Below are positions 59,211 to 64,000 of a stretch of DNA of 64,000 bases, in pieces. Position 1 is the first letter of the stretch, and every line of letters starts with the position of its first letter. The stretch comes from Mobula birostris (taxonomy: Eukaryota), in the NCBI RefSeq assembly GCF_030028105.1, contig NC_092370.1, positions 81,922,969-81,986,968 on the forward strand. Reading direction: 5' to 3'. A model generated the notes under the pieces. That model was given only the letters and a program-made list of their open reading frames with translations. It did not search any database and was not told the DNA's origin. Made by a program: the position numbers and the translations under genes.

Positions 59211-60791
59211 TTTTTTGTATTTACTTGAGAGATGGATACATGAGTCTACAGAAGTGAGGCAAAGCAGTAGTGAGCTTATGACCCTATACAGGTTATAGAA
59301 GTGGAGGTGTTTGCTGTTGAGGCAAATTAGGTTGAATAAATTCCCAGGGCATGACAAGGTGTTCCAGGAGACCCTCTGGGAGGCTAGTGCAGAAATTGCA
59401 GGGGTTCTAGCAGAGATAGTTAAACCATCCTTAGCCACGGCAAAGTGCCAGAGTTTTGGAGGATAGCTAATGTTGTTCTGATGTTTAAGAAAGACTTCAA
59501 GAATAAGCCAGGAAATTATAGGTGCGTGAGCCTGACATCAGTAGTGGTAAGCTGTTGGAAAGTATCCTTAAGGACCAGATATATAAGTATTTGGATAGAT
59601 AGGGATTGATTGGGGATAGTCAATATAATTTTGTGCATGTTAAGTTGTGTCTAACATATCTTATAGAATTTTTCAAGAAGTTACTATGAAAGTTGATGAA
59701 GGCAGGGCAGTGAATGTTGCCTACATGGACTTCAGTGGGCCTTTTTGCCAAGGTTCTGCATGGCAGATTGGTCAAGAAGATTCAGTTGCTTGGCGTTCAA
59801 GATGAAGTATAAATTGAATAAGATATTGTCTTTGCGGGAGAGGCTAGAGAATGGTAGTAGATAGTTACTGCGCTGATTGGAGGCCTGTGACTTGTGTGTC
59901 ACAGAGAACATAGCTGGGTGCATTGTTGTTTTTCATCTATATCAATGATATGGATAATAATGTAGTAAAGTGGATCAGTAAATTTGCGGATGAGACCAAG
60001 ATTGGGAATGCAATGGACAACGACGAAGACTGTCAAAGTGTGCAGCAGGATCTGAACCAGTTGCAAAGGGGGCTACAAAATGGCAGATGGAATTTAATGT
60101 GAGTTGTTGCACTTTAAGAAGATAAACCATGGTAGGACTTACATGGTGAGTGGTAGGGCCCTGAGGAGTGTGGTAGAACAGAGGGATCTGGGAATACAGA
60201 TCCATAATTTGTTAAAAGTAGTGTCACAGGTAGATAGGATCATAAGGAAAACCTTTGGCACATTGGCCTTCATAAATCAAAGTTTTGGTAAGGAATGTTA
60301 TGTTGAAGTTGCCTAAGATGTTGGTGAGGACAGATTTGGAATATTGTGTACAGTTTTGGTCACCTACATACAGGAAAGATACCAATCAGATTGAGAGCAT
60401 GCAGAGATGTTGTTGCCAGGACTGGAGGACCTGAGTTTCAGGAAAGGTTGAATAGATTCGGGCTTTAATTCCCTGAAGTATAGAAGAATGAGGGAAGATT
60501 TGATAGAAGGAAACAAATTATGAGGTGTATAAATGGTAAGTGCAAGTAGGCTTTTCTGCTGAGGTTAGGTGAGACTCAAACTAGAGATCATGGGTGAAGG
60601 GTGAAAAGTGAAATATTTAAGGGGAACATGAGGGGAAATTTCTTCGGTCAAAGGGTGGTGAGAGTGTGGAACGAGCTACCAGCGGAAGTGGTAGATTCAA
60701 CATTTAAGAGCAATCTGGATAAGTACATGGATGGGAGGGGTGTGGAGCCCTATAGTCTAGATACAGACCAATGGGCCAAGGCAGATTAATA

Positions 60792-61269
60792 CAGTATAGT
60801 TCCAAAGTCTTAGGCACATATATATAACTGTAGTAATTTACATATTGTATTGTACTGTACTGCTGCTACAAAAAATAATGACGTGAATGATGATAAACCT
60901 GATTCTGATATGGGTCTCTGTTGTGGACTGAGAGTGTGAAGGGGGCAGGGAGAGGGGAATCATGGCTGCTGAAAAAGTGGAAAGGGGAGGGGAGGGAGCA
61001 GTAAGCACAACAGAGACATTTTGAAATGATCAATATACCAGGTGCTGGGAATCAAATGACCTTGCCTGGTGTCTTAGGGCTGTGTGTGTCTGCACGAGTG
61101 CCACCGGCATGCCTTCTCTGCTGTCTGTCCCACACCAATCACGGGGTGCTCTACCTTCACCATTCCAAACATCCTTAGCTCCCACTGCATTTGCACGTTG
61201 ACTCCACATTGACAAATGTCTTAGGTACCCTAGCTATATATATGTGCTTAAGACTTTATCATAGTACTG
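60792..61269. mobile_element. Tc1-type MITE carrying a LINE 3' tail
   Basis: TA at 60790-91 and 61270-71. TIRs cagtatagttccaaagtcttaggcacatatatata / tatatatgtgcttaagactttatcatagtactg. The host CR1 UTR is continuous across it. Confidence 0.85.
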
Positions 61270-62509
61270 TATTTTGGCTTGGACTAGATGGACTCAAGGG
61301 CCTGTTTCTGTGCTGTAGTGTTCTATGTTGATGACTCTAAAGTGATTAAATTTAATCTCATGTCACTTTGCCCTTGACTTCCATTTGGTGCTTATTTTTA
61401 TTAAGAATCTGTGCTCTTTGTAACATCCTGCCAATCCAGTGGGCTGTCAACTGCTTAGTAATTTGCAAGTCCACAAGTTCATCCCAGCAAGAGAAGGTCC
61501 ATCTTTCACTTGAATGTTTTCAATAATTTGCTACTCATACAACAGTAATTCATCTTGGAGTTATACTGAAAAACAATCAACTCCTGAAAGTGGACCTTGT
61601 CATATTTAAGATTGGCTCCTAAACTGGAAAAAATTGTAAACTAGGGCATAGCATAGATTGTTCATTCTCATATCTCATTAAAACTTTTCTTCATATTCCT
61701 TCACTCCTCTCTCCCTTCCCTTTCTTTTGTCATTTTGGGTCCTGACTTATCCTCTTCCCTCTCCCTTCCTCTTCCATCACATTTGTCATTCCCTTTCCAC
61801 CTCTGCCTTGATCCATTTACCTTCAAAGTCAATGTGACCTGAATATAGCACGAGGACTTTGTTGGTTATGTGCAGTCCCATGAGAGATCAACACTTAATG
61901 ATTTATAAAGACTGCAGATTCGGAGCCTGGAAATAATCCAGGTTTTCAAAGCAGTCAATTTAACAAAAACTTGGACGCCAAACTAGTAAAACTGAGAGCT
62001 ACATTCTTAATACAGTATGCCTTTTAATGTACTGTTGATCATAGAGCTGGAAGATTTGACCAACTTTATGACCTACTAAATACATGATATTTTGATATTT
62101 AGTATTGAAGTTCTGTAATGTTCTGACCATCAGAAAATCTGCTGCCAATAAATTTGTAGTTGATCAATAACCTATTTTTCTTTGAAATCTCCTTTAAGGG
62201 TTTTACTTATCTTAGGTGATCTCTGTTCATGAAAAATGGTCATGACGGCAGGAAGGAAATGGAAAACTAGCTAAATGTAGCTTAAATAAGAAAAGTAAAG
62301 AGTTTAATTTAGTTTCAAAAAAGAAAGCGTAGTGATTTGAAGGTGATTGAAAGCAGTATCAAAATAAATGTAAAGGCTAAAGCTAAGCAATGGTCTTATA
62401 AGGAACATTCAGCCATCTCAGTTATTTCGTTGAGCAATTCAGAAGGCACAGGATATATATATCCAAAGAGGAAAAAGTGTTCTAAAGGCAAGTTGATACA
62501 ACTATGTCT

Positions 62510-63710
62510 AACAAGAGAAGTCAAACCAAAATAAAAGCCAAAGCGAGGGCATATAATTAGAGTAAACATGAGTGGGAAGTTAGAGGATTGGGAATCTTTT
62601 AAAAACCCACAGAAGGTAACTAAAAGTCATTAAGAAAGTAAAGATGGATTGAAAGTGAGCTAGCCAATAATATTCTTCAGATACATAATGTGTAAAAGAG
62701 AGGCAAGTAGATATCAGACGCTGGAGAGGTAGTAATGGGGGACAAGGAAATGGCAGATGAACTGAACAAATACTTTGTATCAGTCTTCAATGTGGAAGAC
62801 ACTAGCAGTATCGTGGAAGATCCAGGTGTCAGAGGCCATGAAGTGTGTGAAGTTACAGTAACTAGTGAGAAGGTTCTTGGGAAACTGAAAGGTCTGAAGT
62901 TAGTTAAGTCACCTGGACCAAATGGTGTATACTCCAGGATTTTGAAAGAGGTGGCTGAAGAGGTTGTTGAGGCATTAGTAATGATCTTTCAAGAATCACT
63001 AGATTCTGGAATGGTTTCGGAAGACTGGAAAAGTGCAAATGTCACTCCACTTTTCAAGAAGGGAGAAAGGAAGAAGAAAGGAAATTATAGGCCAGTTAGA
63101 CTGACCTCAGTGGTTAGGAAGATGTTGGAGCAACACACACAAAATGCTGGAGGAACTCAGCAGGCCAGGCAGCATCGATGGACAAAAGTACAGCCGAGGT
63201 TTCGGGCTGAAACCCTTGGCACATGTTGGAGTTGGTTATTAGGTTGAGGTCTCAGGGTACTTGGAGGCATATGATGAAACAGGCTGTAGTCAACATGGTT
63301 TCCTCAAGGGAAAATCTTGCCTGACAAATCTGTTGAATTCTTTGAAGAAATAATAAACAGGATAGACAAAGCAGAATCGGTTGATGTTGCGTACGTGGAT
63401 TGACAAGGTGCCACACATGAAGCTGCTTAATAAGCTACGAGCTCATGGTATTACATGGAAGATTCTAGCATGGATAAAGCAGCGGTGATTGGCAGGGGGC
63501 AAAGAGTGCGAATAAAGGATACCTTTTCTGGTTGGCTGCCAGTGACTGGAGGTGTTCCACAGGGGCCTGTTGTTAAAAATTCTTTTTACATTATATGTCA
63601 ATGATTTGGATGATGGAATTGATGGCTTTGTTGTAGAGTTTACAGACTATATGAAGATAGGTGGATGGGCAGGTAGTTTTGAGAAAGTAGAGAGGCTACA
63701 GAAGGACTTA
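62510..63710 (+). mobile_element. CR1 ORF2 fragment
   Basis: ORF 62735..63247 MADELNKYFVSVF, KSPGPNG, NVTPLFKKG, GNYRPVRLT; QHGF.KGKSCLTNL; decayed FTDY at the FADD site. Confidence 0.9.
63131..63222 (-). mobile_element. 92-bp Penelope-like terminus inserted in CR1, 9-bp TSD
   Basis: caacacacacaaaatgctggaggaactcagcaggccaggcagcatc...gtttcgggctgaaaccctt. TSD ATGTTGGAG at 63122-63130 and 63223-63231. Confidence 0.9.
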
Positions 63711-64000
63711 GGCTGTACGTGTGACAATTTTTAAAAAAAGCAATTCAATGCCAATAGTAAGTAGATTCAAGTATATGGTGCTAAGTGGTGCTCAGTTTAA
63801 GCATTTCAGCAGTGGCTACATTTGAAGGTGTAACCAAGATAAGTTGTTGCAGTATCCATTAGGTTCTCTTTCCAAGTACAACTCATCGTGAAAGCCTTCA
63901 GTTCATTTACATTTGGGAGACTACAAAACCAAATGATTGAAACAGGTATTCTTTAATGTGAAATACTATCATTTAATTTTGGCAGAAGGTAAAAGTCAAA

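Larger units (their letters stand above)
57372..61330 (+). mobile_element. Decayed CR1 ORF2 and 3' UTR hosting a Tc1 and a MITE
   Basis: KENPKGFYR before 57600; PGNYR.VSLT, KFADETK and RGNFFGQRVV after 59210; tail tgtgctgtagtgttctatg at ~61330. Confidence 0.88.

Overview
Eukaryotic, AT-rich, repeat-dense non-coding DNA. The repeat families point to a cartilaginous fish, probably a ray (inferred from family recognition only). No host gene exon, rRNA, true tRNA gene or CRISPR array is supportable. All recognisable ORFs are decayed transposon remnants. These comprise: CR1 LINEs (one with the ORF1 esterase end plus a near-complete ORF2), Rex1/Babar LINEs, a young Tx1/L1-clade fragment, an ancient CR1/L2-type LINE, Neptune-type Penelope-like elements (PLEs), three Tc1 copies (DD34E spacing seen in two), mariner/Tc1-derived MITE-like elements, and several tRNA-derived SINE families. 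The most notable signal is a minimal type I hammerhead ribozyme, intact at 53108-53143 (-) in the 3' end of a young PLE. It recurs as at least six degenerate copies in PLE termini; short termini also occur as a tandem dimer, a fold-back and a stand-alone 92-bp insertion with a 9-bp TSD. Other points of interest: repeated CR1 insertion at tail-like microhomologies inside other LINEs, a triple-TIR fold-back mariner derivative, a Tc1 MITE carrying a LINE tail, and an unexplained ~870-bp segment at 32509-33390. Boundaries without a TSD are approximate, read by eye.
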